From Phenylobacterium sp. (GTDB lineage Bacteria > Pseudomonadota > Alphaproteobacteria > Caulobacterales > Caulobacteraceae): a stretch of DNA of 64,000 nt. Positions 42,335 to 51,039 of the stretch are shown here, one piece after another. The notes beneath the pieces are model-generated. The model saw nothing but the letters and a program-made list of their open reading frames with translations, searched no databases and was not told the origin of the DNA. The position numbers and the translations under genes were made by a program. Where the stretch lies: NCBI RefSeq assembly GCF_030681155.1, contig NZ_JAUXXE010000042.1:19638-83637 (forward strand). Reading direction: 5' to 3'. Within the stretch, counting starts at the first letter, position 1. Each line of letters starts with the position of its first letter.

Positions 42335-43570
42335 TTAAATCAGATCACCCCCCGCCGCCGAGGCGGTTGTGCCGTGTTGCTGGTAGGCCTTGATCACGTT
42401 GCGGCCCACCGTCCAGCGGTGCACTTCGTCCGGTCCGTCGACCAGCCGTTGCGAGCGGATGTGGGTGTACCAGCTGGCCAGCGGCGTATCTTGGCTATAG
42501 CCGAGCGCGCCGTGTAGCTGGATCGCGGTGTCGACGACCTTGTGAACCATGTGGGCCAGGAAGACCTTGGCGATGGAATTTTCCTGCCGCAGGTCCATGC
42601 CCTTCTCGGCCTTGTAGGCGATGTGCAGCAGCATCAGGCGGGCCATGTAGAGTTCGCTGGCGCACTCGGCCAACATGAACTGGACGCCCTGGCGCTCGTG
42701 CAGCGGCTTGCCGAAGGTCTCGCGCTGGGTGACGTGGGCCGCGGCCATATCCAGGGCTCGCTGGGCCATGGCGACATTGTGCATGCCGTGCCGCAAGCGG
42801 CCGTAGGCGAGGCGGTGCTGGCCCATATTGAAGCCCTGGCCCTCGCCGCCCAGCAGGTTCTCGGCTGGAACCACCAGGTCTTTGATTTCGATCTCGGAGT
42901 GGCCCCCGCCCATGATGTGGCTGAGCGGGCCTTCGACGGCCATCGTCTTGATGTCGCGCTTGATGTTGTAGCCGGGGTTCGGCAGCTCGACGATGAAGGT
43001 CGAGAACTGCTGGTGGCGCGGGGCGTCCGGATCGGTCCGGGCCATGACCACGGCGAGGTCGGCGGCGCTGGCGGCCGACGAAAACCACTTCTCGCCGTTC
43101 AGCACATAGTTCTCGTTGCCGTCCTTGACGGCGGTGGTGCGCATGCCCGTCGCGTCAGCGCCGGCGGCCTTCTCGGTCATTGAGTAACAGACGCGCTTCT
43201 CACCGTTCAGCAACGGCTTGAGATACTTCTCCTTCTGGAAGTCGGTCCCGTGGGCGAGCAGGGTCAGCATGGTGGCGTCGTCCGGGCCCTGGCTGTTCAT
43301 CGACAGCGCGCCGAGGTGGCTCTGGCCCAGCTCCATCTGCACCAGGGCGTTGGCCAGCGGCCCCAGGCCCATGCCGCCGTACTCCTTGGGGATGAAGGGC
43401 AACCATAGACCCCGCGCCCGGGCCTTGGTCCGCAGTTCACCCAGCAGCTCCTTATAGTCGCGACCGGCGTGCAGTTCCTTCTCGGCGGGGATGCACTCGT
43501 CCTGCACCCATTGGCGCACCAGCGCGCGGACGGCCTTGGCCTCTTCTGGAATTTCGAAGTCGATCGCCAC
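42335..43570 (-). CDS. acyl-CoA dehydrogenase family protein (ACAD10/11- or FadE2-like)
   Basis: The preferred start is GTG 43570-43568, with AGGAGAG 7 nt upstream, giving (M)AIDFEIPEEAKAVRALV...GLWLPFIPKEYGG...YSMTEKAAGADATGMRT. The ORF-track start at 43714 has no SD. Confidence 0.85.
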   Translation of the reverse strand: MAIDFEIPEEAKAVRALVRQWVQDECIPAEKELHAGRDYKELLGELRTKARARGLWLPFIPKEYGGMGLGPLANALVQMELGQSHLGALSMNSQGPDDATMLTLLAHGTDFQKEKYLKPLLNGEKRVCYSMTEKAAGADATGMRTTAVKDGNENYVLNGEKWFSSAASAADLAVVMARTDPDAPRHQQFSTFIVELPNPGYNIKRDIKTMAVEGPLSHIMGGGHSEIEIKDLVVPAENLLGGEGQGFNMGQHRLAYGRLRHGMHNVAMAQRALDMAAAHVTQRETFGKPLHERQGVQFMLAECASELYMARLMLLHIAYKAEKGMDLRQENSIAKVFLAHMVHKVVDTAIQLHGALGYSQDTPLASWYTHIRSQRLVDGPDEVHRWTVGRNVIKAYQQHGTTASAAGGDLI

Positions 43571-43672
43571 GGCGTTTCTCTCCTGTTTTCTCTTGATTTG
43601 TGGCCGAGAGCGTCCGTCCATGAGAACCTCTCCGGCAAGTCCGATTAGCTGGGCTGCCGCCGGGTCAGGCCA

Positions 43673-43686
43673 GATATCGTGATATC
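43673..43686. promoter_or_regulatory. AT-rich pseudo-palindrome in the divergent ACAD/ligase region
   Basis: It reads GATATC-GT-GATATC, and stands out against GC-rich flanks. Confidence 0.2.
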
Positions 43687-43760
43687 CAAAGCGCCCCTTG
43701 ATGAGGCGGCGCACGGGTCGGCGGCCTTGACGCCGCCGGCCGAAAACAAAAGGGGCGGCG

Positions 43761-45461
43761 ATGCACTACAAGGAACTCAAGCAGGCTTGGTCGGAACTGA
43801 TCGCGCCGGGATCGCCCTTCGAGATCGCCGAGGTCGAGGTCCGCGGCCAACCGCTGCGGATGTTCCGCCACGCGCCGCCGTCGGTGCGAGAGATCTGGCT
43901 GGGCACCGCCCAGTACGGCGACCGCGATTATCTGGTCTATGAGAACGACCGGCTGACCTACGCCCAGGCCCACGCCAAGGTGAACGCCATCGCCGCCTGG
44001 CTGGCCGCCCAGGGCGTGAAGTCCGGCGACCGCGTCGCCGTCGCCATGCGCAACTATCCCGAATGGATGCTGATCTACTGGGCGTGCGTCTCCACCGGCA
44101 TTGCGGTGGTCGGCATGAACGCCTGGTGGGTCGCCGACGAGATAGAATACGCGATCAAGGATTCCGAGCCGAAGGTGATCTTCGCCGACGCCGAGCGGCT
44201 CGAGCGGATCCTGGAGCGCCCGGACGCCGCCAAGGGTATCCGGCTGGTCGCGGTGCGGGTCGATCCCACGCCGGCCGGGATCATTCCCTTCAGCGAGGTG
44301 ATCGCACACGGCGGCGAGATGCCGGAGGTCAGCGTCGATCCCGACGCCGACGCCTGTATCTTCTACACCTCGGGGACCACGGGCTTCCCGAAGGGCGCCC
44401 AGCTCACCCATCGCGGCTGTGTCGCCAACCTGATGAACATGGGCTTCTCGGGCCAGGTGCAGGCCTTGGCCACAGCCCGCGCCACGGGCGTCGCGCCCGA
44501 TCCCAATGCGCCGGTTCCGGTTCCCGCGGGCCTAGTGGTTACGCCGCTGTTCCACGTTACGGCCAACAACTGCGCGGCCTATGCGATCACCGCCGGCGGC
44601 GGCAAGCTGGTGCTGATGTATCGCTGGGACGCGGGCGAGGCGCTGCGGCTGATCGCGAACGAAAAGATCACGGCCATGAGCGGCGTGCCGACCATGGCGC
44701 GCGAGCTCATCACCCACCCCGACTTCGCCAGCGCCGACACCTCCAGCCTGGTCAGCCTGGGCGGCGGGGGCGCGCAGCTCCAGCCCGACCTAGTCGGCAA
44801 GATCGATGCGCAGGTGAAGACGGCCCGGCCGAACACCGGCTACGGCATGACCGAAACCTGCGGGATCATCACCTCGGTCTCGGCCGACTTCTTCGTCGAC
44901 AAGCCGGCGAGCTGCGGACCGGCCATGCCGTCCTTCGAGGTCAAGTGCGTCGACGACGATGGGAACACGGTTCCGGTCGGCGAGATCGGCGAGCTGTGGG
45001 TCAAGGGCGCGCCGGTCATCAAGGGCTACATCAACCGGCCCGAGGCGACGGCGGAGTCGATCACCGATGGCTGGCTGCACACTGGCGACGTCGCGCGCAT
45101 TGACGAGGACGGCTTCATCTTCATCGTCGACCGCAAGAAGGACATGGTCCTGCGCGGCGGCGAGAACGTCTATTGCGCCGAGGTGGAGGCCAATATCTTC
45201 CGCCATCCATCCGTGGCCGAGGCCTGCGTGTTCGGCGTTCCCGATCCGCGTCTGGGCGAGGAGGTGGGCGCCGCCGTCGTCCTGCGGCCGGGAGAAGCCC
45301 TGACTCCCGAAGCGCTTCGCGAGCACCTGGCGGGGATAAGCGCCAAGCACAAGATCCCGCGCTATGTCTGGTTCCTGGACGAGGCCATCCCGCGCAATGC
45401 GAGCGGAAAGTTCCTGAAGCGGCAACTGCGCGAGACGCTGAAGCCGGAGGCGGCGGTCTAG
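43761..45461 (+). CDS. AMP-dependent synthetase/ligase (acyl-CoA synthetase), paralog of 11834-13606
   Basis: Motifs are IFYTSGTTGFPKGA, GYGMTET, LHTGDVARIDEDGFIFIVDRKKDMVLRGGENV and SGKFLK. The N-terminal region aligns by eye with the first ligase (DRVAVAMRNYPEW vs DRVAVIMRNIPEW). Confidence 0.9.
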   Translation: MHYKELKQAWSELIAPGSPFEIAEVEVRGQPLRMFRHAPPSVREIWLGTAQYGDRDYLVYENDRLTYAQAHAKVNAIAAWLAAQGVKSGDRVAVAMRNYPEWMLIYWACVSTGIAVVGMNAWWVADEIEYAIKDSEPKVIFADAERLERILERPDAAKGIRLVAVRVDPTPAGIIPFSEVIAHGGEMPEVSVDPDADACIFYTSGTTGFPKGAQLTHRGCVANLMNMGFSGQVQALATARATGVAPDPNAPVPVPAGLVVTPLFHVTANNCAAYAITAGGGKLVLMYRWDAGEALRLIANEKITAMSGVPTMARELITHPDFASADTSSLVSLGGGGAQLQPDLVGKIDAQVKTARPNTGYGMTETCGIITSVSADFFVDKPASCGPAMPSFEVKCVDDDGNTVPVGEIGELWVKGAPVIKGYINRPEATAESITDGWLHTGDVARIDEDGFIFIVDRKKDMVLRGGENVYCAEVEANIFRHPSVAEACVFGVPDPRLGEEVGAAVVLRPGEALTPEALREHLAGISAKHKIPRYVWFLDEAIPRNASGKFLKRQLRETLKPEAAV

Positions 45462-45585
45462 GCCCCCCTCAGTCAGCTTCGCTGCCAGCTCCCCCCAGAG
45501 GGGGAGCATCTAGATGCGAGTAAGATCCTCCCCCGTTGGGGGAGGTGGATCGTTGCGTAGCAACGAGATGGAGGGAGCGCCGCCC
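45462..45585. repeat. REP/BIME-like element, family 1, copy 4 (units head-to-head, GATC ends inward)
   Basis: It reads CCCCCTCagTCAGCttcGCTGccagCTCCCCCCagagGGGGGAGCATC-tagatgcgagtaa-GATCCTCCCCCgttgGGGGGAGgtggaTCGTTGCgtaGCAACGAgatGGAGGGAG. Confidence 0.85.
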
Positions 45586-45592
45586 TGGCCGA

Positions 45593-46237
45593 CTACCCCC
45601 TCAGGAACGTCGCGATCAGCGCATCGGCGTGGGCCTCGATTTCCGCGTCGGTCGAGGTATCTACGCCATAGGCGTGGCGGACCTCGCCGGCGAGGGTGAA
45701 GGGCGCCTGGGCGGCGGCGGCGATCATGTAGATCAGGTGGCGCGGCTCCATGCGGGGCAGGTGGCCTTCGTCCATCAGCATGGTCAGGGTCTTGCGCCCG
45801 GCCCGGTGCTGGGGCCGCACGATCTCGTCGGCGATCCAGGCGGTACGGTCGGAATCGCCGACCGTCTCGTGGACCATGATCCGGGCGTGCTCAGGATGAT
45901 GGGCGCAGTAGCGGACATAGTCGCGCAGGTACTGTTTGAACCGCTCGATCAACGGCTGGCCCCGGGTGGCCCGCCAACTCGCGGCGCGCTCTTCGTTCAT
46001 CCTGTCGATCAGCTTGCGCAGGGCCGCACGCCAGAGGGTGGCTTTGTCGGTGAAGTGGTAGCGGACCAGGCTGTGCTCGACACCGGCCTTGGCGGCGATG
46101 TCACGCACCGCCACACCCTCGAAACCGCGCTCGGAAAACAGCGTCAGCGCCGCCTGCAGGATGACGTCGCGCGTCTCCTCGACCGACCGGGAATCCCGTG
46201 CCGGCCGGCCCCGCTGCTTGATCGGCGTCTCGACCAT
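45593..46237 (-). CDS. TetR/AcrR family transcriptional regulator
   Basis: From ATG 46237 it reads MVETPIKQRGRPARDSRSVEETRDVILQAALTLFSERGFEGVAVRDIAAKAGVEHSLVRYHF. The longer ORF-track start at 46579 runs into the GH3 gene. Confidence 0.85.
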   Translation of the reverse strand: MVETPIKQRGRPARDSRSVEETRDVILQAALTLFSERGFEGVAVRDIAAKAGVEHSLVRYHFTDKATLWRAALRKLIDRMNEERAASWRATRGQPLIERFKQYLRDYVRYCAHHPEHARIMVHETVGDSDRTAWIADEIVRPQHRAGRKTLTMLMDEGHLPRMEPRHLIYMIAAAAQAPFTLAGEVRHAYGVDTSTDAEIEAHADALIATFLRG

Positions 46238-46243
46238 GATCTG

Positions 46244-46267
46244 ATTATTGCCCACTTGGGTAAAAAT
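46244..46267. promoter_or_regulatory. candidate TetR operator in the divergent TetR/GH3 region
   Basis: It reads ATTATTGCCCA-ct-TGGGTAAAAAT, with 9/11 arm complementarity, and is AT-rich. Confidence 0.35.
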
Positions 46268-46305
46268 AGATAGCGTCGCTCCAAAGCCTTTGAGGAAACG
46301 CCAAG

Positions 46306-48480
46306 ATGACCGCCCAGCCCTGGATGGACACCAGCCTCTCGCCCGACGAGCGGGCCGCCCTGCTGATCGAGCAACTGACGCTGGATGAGATGATCTCGCT
46401 GGTCCACGGACCGATGCCGGCCCTGCTGGAAACTCCGCCGGCCGACGCGGCGATGGGGGCCGGCTACATCCCCGGCGTCGCGCGCCTGGGCATTCCTGCG
46501 CTGAACGAAACCGACGCCAGCCTGGGGATCGCCAACCCGCGCCAGGTGCGCAAGGGCGATGGGGCCACCGGCCTGCCATCGGGCTTGGCGCTGGCCTCGA
46601 CCTGGGATCCGGAGCTGGCCCATGCGGCTGGGGTCATGGTTGGGTCCGAAGCGCGCGACAAGGGCTTCAACGTGCTGTTGGGCGGCGGCGCGAACCTGAC
46701 GCGCGAGCCGCGCTGCGGGCGCAATTTCGAGTATCTGGGCGAAGATCCGCTGCTGGCCGGGGTGCTGGTCGGCCAGGCGATCAAGGGCGCGCAGTCCAAC
46801 GACATCGTCTGCACCCTGAAGCACTTCGCGCTGAACGATCAGGAGACCTGTCGCCACGTGGTCGACGCCCGCATCGACGAGGGGAGCTTGCGTGAAAGCG
46901 ACCTGCTGGCCTTCCAGATCGCCATCGAGATCGGCGATCCCGGCTCGGTGATGTGCGCCTACAACCGCCTGAATGGCGAGTGGGCCGGCGAGAACGACTT
47001 CCTGCTGAACCAGGTGCTGAAGAACGACTGGGGTTACCGCGGCTGGGTCATGAGCGACTGGGGCGCGGTCCACACCACGGCCAAGGCGGCGCTGGCCGGC
47101 ATGGACCAGGAGAGCGGCGAGCAACTCGACAAACAGGTCTATTTCGGCGAGCTGCTGAAGGAGGCGGTCCAGCAGGGCGAGGTGCCGTTCGAGCGCCTGT
47201 CCAACATGGTCCACCGCATCCTGCGCAGCCTGATCGACAAGGGCGTGTTCGACAGGCCCGCCGAAAAACGGCCGACGGATTACGAGGCGAACGCCAAGGT
47301 CGCCCAGGCCGCGGCAGAGGCCGGTGTGGTGATGCTGAAGAACGACGGCGTGCTCCCGCTCAAAGCTAGCCTTCGCAAGATCGCCGTGATCGGCGCCCAT
47401 GCCGATGTCGGCGTGCTGTCGGGCGGTGGTTCGTCCCAGGTGCTGCCGGTCGGCGGCGCGGGTCTCGAGATCAAGGTGACGATGGGCCTGTCCTCGGCCT
47501 TCTCGCAGATCACCTACCATCCCTCGGCGCCGCTGGCGGCGATCCGCGGCCTGACCCGCAACACCGAGGTCGTCTATGCGAGCGGCGAGGATCACGCCGC
47601 CGCCGCCGCCCTGGCCAAGGACGCCGACGTCGCCATCGTCTTTGCCGACCAGTGGGCGACCGAGGCTGAAGACCTGCCGACCCTGTCGCTGCCGAACAAC
47701 CAGGACGCCCTGATCGAGGCCGTCGCCGCGGCCAACGCCAAGACCGTCGTGGTGCTGGAAACCGGCACCCCGGTCCTGACGCCGTGGCTGGATAAGGTCA
47801 GCGCCCTGCTACAGGCCTGGTATCCGGGCACCCGCGGCGGCGAGGCGATCGCCCGCATCCTGTTCGGCGAAGTGAATCCCTCGGGCCGTCTGCCGATCAG
47901 CTTCCCGCGCGACGTCGCCGATCTGGTGCGGCCGGAAATCCCCGGCATGATCTTCGGCCCGCCGGTCGAGGGTAAGACCCTGCCGACCTCGTTCCCCGAC
48001 GTGCAGCAGCACAAGGGCCGGTTCTCGGTCGAGCACCCAGAGGGCGCAGACGTCGGTTACCGCTGGTTCGCCAAGACCGGCAAGCCCACCCTGTTCCCGT
48101 TCGGCTTTGGCCTCTCCTACACGACCTTCGCCTATGGCGGCCTGAGCGTCCAAGGCGGCGAGACCCTGACCGTCAGCCTGGACGTCACTAATGCCGGCGC
48201 CGTCGCCGGCATCGACACGCCGCAGGTCTATGCTCTGGTGACCGGCTCGGACGGCAAGGAGAGCCAACGCCTGATCGGCTGGTCGCGCGTGGCCCTGGCG
48301 CCCGGCGAGACCAAGCGCGTGACCATCAGCGCCGATCCCCGCCTGCTGGCCAATTACGATGCGGCCTTGCCAGGCTGGCGCATCACTGATGGCAAGGTCG
48401 GCGTGGCGGTCGGGACATCAGCCGAAGCCCTGACCCTGCGCGGCGAGGCGAGCCTCACCGCGCGGACGATGAAGCCCTAG
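46306..48480 (+). CDS. glycoside hydrolase family 3 beta-glucosidase
   Basis: It reads GIANPRQ...KHFALNDQE...GWVMSDWGAVH (nucleophile Asp context), with a C-terminal fibronectin-like domain. It is 724 aa. Confidence 0.9.
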   Translation: MTAQPWMDTSLSPDERAALLIEQLTLDEMISLVHGPMPALLETPPADAAMGAGYIPGVARLGIPALNETDASLGIANPRQVRKGDGATGLPSGLALASTWDPELAHAAGVMVGSEARDKGFNVLLGGGANLTREPRCGRNFEYLGEDPLLAGVLVGQAIKGAQSNDIVCTLKHFALNDQETCRHVVDARIDEGSLRESDLLAFQIAIEIGDPGSVMCAYNRLNGEWAGENDFLLNQVLKNDWGYRGWVMSDWGAVHTTAKAALAGMDQESGEQLDKQVYFGELLKEAVQQGEVPFERLSNMVHRILRSLIDKGVFDRPAEKRPTDYEANAKVAQAAAEAGVVMLKNDGVLPLKASLRKIAVIGAHADVGVLSGGGSSQVLPVGGAGLEIKVTMGLSSAFSQITYHPSAPLAAIRGLTRNTEVVYASGEDHAAAAALAKDADVAIVFADQWATEAEDLPTLSLPNNQDALIEAVAAANAKTVVVLETGTPVLTPWLDKVSALLQAWYPGTRGGEAIARILFGEVNPSGRLPISFPRDVADLVRPEIPGMIFGPPVEGKTLPTSFPDVQQHKGRFSVEHPEGADVGYRWFAKTGKPTLFPFGFGLSYTTFAYGGLSVQGGETLTVSLDVTNAGAVAGIDTPQVYALVTGSDGKESQRLIGWSRVALAPGETKRVTISADPRLLANYDAALPGWRITDGKVGVAVGTSAEALTLRGEASLTARTMKP

Positions 48481-49655
48481 GCGTCTGCGAAGAACCGAGA
48501 CTCCACCTCGCCGCGAATGAACGGCGCGGTGGGGTTGTGGGTGAAACGGTAGATCGAGTCCACGCACTCGTAAGCCACGCTCACCCCAAGCGCCCCATCG
48601 TGCGGTCCGGACCGGGATTGAAGCTCGGGGATCGCCATGTCGAAGAGGCCGGCGAGCGATGCGTCCAGGCCATGGACGAGTTGCTTGAACACCGCGCCGT
48701 CGAGATGTTCCTCCTCGATCAGCGAGAGCTGGCCATCGAAACCGAGGGCCTGGAGGGCGGCGACCTGTCGCTGCTTCATGTGCGGGGGCGATATGCGGTC
48801 GGTGGCGGCGTTCACCATCCGGAAGATCGTCGCGTCCTCGCCAGCTTCCGCCCTGGTCGCGGCGAGGTGTGGCGGATAGGCGACATCGCGGATTAGGTCC
48901 CGGTCGCGACTGTAGAAGTCCGGGGCCTGACGATTGTCTGTCGTCCATCCGCTCTTGGTCCGGCAGAACGCCATGACGTCGCCGGCCAGCGGCGCGATGA
49001 AGTCCGCGCTGGCCGGTTGGCCCAGATACTCCATCGGCGGCTGGGTGTAGGACGAGTTGTCGATCACCATCGCCAGGGTGCGTGGTGCGATCTTGGCGAT
49101 CAGGTGGGCGATATAGCCGCCGTGTGAGGAGCCGAGGGCGACGATACGTCCGGTGTCGAATTCTGCGCCCTGCTCCAGCAGATCTCCGAGCACCGCCAAG
49201 TGGTCCATGGCCTGGACGACTCCAAAGTTTTGGTACTCGTCGCGGGCCGGATGGATGGTCGCACCTACTCGCGCGGTGATGCCGGTCTGCGCTAGCCGGC
49301 GGGCGACGTCGTTCACATCGTTTGGATCGCCCAGCGAGGTCTTAGCGAAGTGAGCCAGGCCCAAAAGCATCAGTCGATCACGGTCATCGACCTGGATCCT
49401 GCCGCCGGTTTCCGGGCGCGCGCCGAAGCAATGGTACTGGACGCTGACCGCCGCCATCTCGTGCTTCGTCACGATGTGGCGGCGCAGGGCCTCGGCATAG
49501 CCGTCGTTCGTATCGCCGCCGAAACCTGGGATCACAAAGACCAGGCCAAGGGCAGGACCGGCCGGGAAACTCGCCGTGTACTCGAGCGGCGAGGGGCGCG
49601 AACGTTCCGGTTCGAAGTCGAAGGGGCCCTCAATCTCCCGACGAACAGTCCGCAT
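48477..49655 (-). CDS. alpha/beta-hydrolase-fold protein, DUF2920-like
   Basis: It reads VFVIPGFGGD...IVALGSSHGGYIAHLIAK, with no signal peptide. A GGAGA SD precedes it, 22 nt after the upstream amidohydrolase stop. The family name is from memory. Confidence 0.6.
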   Translation of the reverse strand: MRTVRREIEGPFDFEPERSRPSPLEYTASFPAGPALGLVFVIPGFGGDTNDGYAEALRRHIVTKHEMAAVSVQYHCFGARPETGGRIQVDDRDRLMLLGLAHFAKTSLGDPNDVNDVARRLAQTGITARVGATIHPARDEYQNFGVVQAMDHLAVLGDLLEQGAEFDTGRIVALGSSHGGYIAHLIAKIAPRTLAMVIDNSSYTQPPMEYLGQPASADFIAPLAGDVMAFCRTKSGWTTDNRQAPDFYSRDRDLIRDVAYPPHLAATRAEAGEDATIFRMVNAATDRISPPHMKQRQVAALQALGFDGQLSLIEEEHLDGAVFKQLVHGLDASLAGLFDMAIPELQSRSGPHDGALGVSVAYECVDSIYRFTHNPTAPFIRGEVESRFFADA

Positions 49656-49677
49656 GGCTTCTCCAGTCGAATCAACT

Positions 49678-51039
49678 CTACCGAGAATAGGCCGCCGGAT
49701 ATCCGCCGCCGAGGGTCTTGTAGCGGTCCCGGAGTTCGAGCTGGCGCGAGGTCATCGGTTGGCTTTCGCCGCGGATGAAGATGGCGGTGGGCTGGGATAG
49801 CGGCTCGAAGGGGTCGCCGGTCCAGATCACCAGGTCGGCGTCCTTACCGGGCTCCAGCGAGCCGATCTTGTCGGCGACGCCGAAAATGCGGGCCGGGTTG
49901 ATGGTCACCGCCGCCAGCCCGGCCTGATACGGCATGCCGTTGGCGATGGCGTTGCCGACATTGTAGCGCAGCTCACGAACCCGGTGCGCGCCGCCCTGGC
50001 TCTCGATGGCCAGGGTCACGCCAGCCGCTTGCAACCGCGCGGCGTTCTCCATGGTCGCGCCCAGCACCTGGAAGCTCTCGGGCCGGTCGCTCAGCGGATT
50101 GATGATCACCGGCACGCCGGCGGCAGCGATCTCGCCCGCCGTCATCCAGCCTTCCTCGGCGCCGTCCAGGATCACCTTCACGCGTTCTTCGCGGGCGAAC
50201 TGCAGGACGCTGCGGATGTCTGAGGCCTTGTGGACCGAGGCGATGATCGGCATGCGGCCCTCGACCACCGGGATAAGCGCCTCCAGGTCTGCCTTGGAGA
50301 GGCCCATGTCGCGGATGCCGGCGCGGTCGTAGGCGGCCTTATTGCGCATGTAGTCGCGCACGTCGCGGAAGGCCGCCTTCAGGGCGACAATCTCGGCTCC
50401 GCGCGCGCCGCCGGCGACATTGGCCCCGCCGTCGCCGAACGGCACCACCATGCCGACCTTCGGTTTGACCAGGATGTTGGCGCCTTCGCCCAGGTGGATG
50501 ACCGCGGCTTGGCCGGCGAATAGGGCGGTCGACTTCGAGCCGCCCCCGCCGCCGGCGGTGTAGAGCTCCTCGCCGTCGTCGGCGTGGAAGTCGGTCCCGC
50601 CGCCGCCGGCCGAGAGCGGCATGACGATGGCCCGGGTGATGCCGCCCAGCCGCGCGACCGGGATCAGGGTCGACTGCGGATCAAGGCCGTACTGGACGTC
50701 GAACGCCGCGCCGATGTCCGGGTTGTTGACGGTCAGGTCATCGCCCAATGAGCGGACCTCGACGGCCCCCAGCAGGGTGTTGGCCGCCACGAAGCCAGGC
50801 GTCACCGTCGCGCCCTTGGCGTCGATGATCCGCGCGCCGGCGGGCGCCGAGGCCCCCGCGCCGACCGAGGCGATCTTGCCGTCGTGCAGGACGATGGTCC
50901 CCTGGGCGATCTCGCCGGCGGGGCCGGCGGTCAGGATGCGGGCGTTGGTTATGGCCACGGTTTCGGCCAGGACCGGGGTGGCGATGGCGGCGGCCAGGGC
51001 CGCCAGGCTGATCGAAAGGTGCAGGGCGATCTTGGACAT
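49678..51039 (-). CDS. amidohydrolase-superfamily protein (COG1228-like), secreted
   Basis: It has a signal peptide MSKIALHLSISLAALAAAIATPVLA, then ...FVAANTLLG... and the C-terminal motif GSLEPGKDADLVIW. Confidence 0.8.
   Translation of the reverse strand: MSKIALHLSISLAALAAAIATPVLAETVAITNARILTAGPAGEIAQGTIVLHDGKIASVGAGASAPAGARIIDAKGATVTPGFVAANTLLGAVEVRSLGDDLTVNNPDIGAAFDVQYGLDPQSTLIPVARLGGITRAIVMPLSAGGGGTDFHADDGEELYTAGGGGGSKSTALFAGQAAVIHLGEGANILVKPKVGMVVPFGDGGANVAGGARGAEIVALKAAFRDVRDYMRNKAAYDRAGIRDMGLSKADLEALIPVVEGRMPIIASVHKASDIRSVLQFAREERVKVILDGAEEGWMTAGEIAAAGVPVIINPLSDRPESFQVLGATMENAARLQAAGVTLAIESQGGAHRVRELRYNVGNAIANGMPYQAGLAAVTINPARIFGVADKIGSLEPGKDADLVIWTGDPFEPLSQPTAIFIRGESQPMTSRQLELRDRYKTLGGGYPAAYSR

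Noticed and set aside
3765-45585. Whether the family-1/2 repeats could be a CRISPR array or coding 'SPRGGAS/GEVARSATEG' peptides.
   Set aside because: The copies are dispersed, each pair is inverted rather than direct, and there are no regular spacers and no cas genes. The apparent peptides occur in different frames and strands in different copies, so the elements are non-coding.
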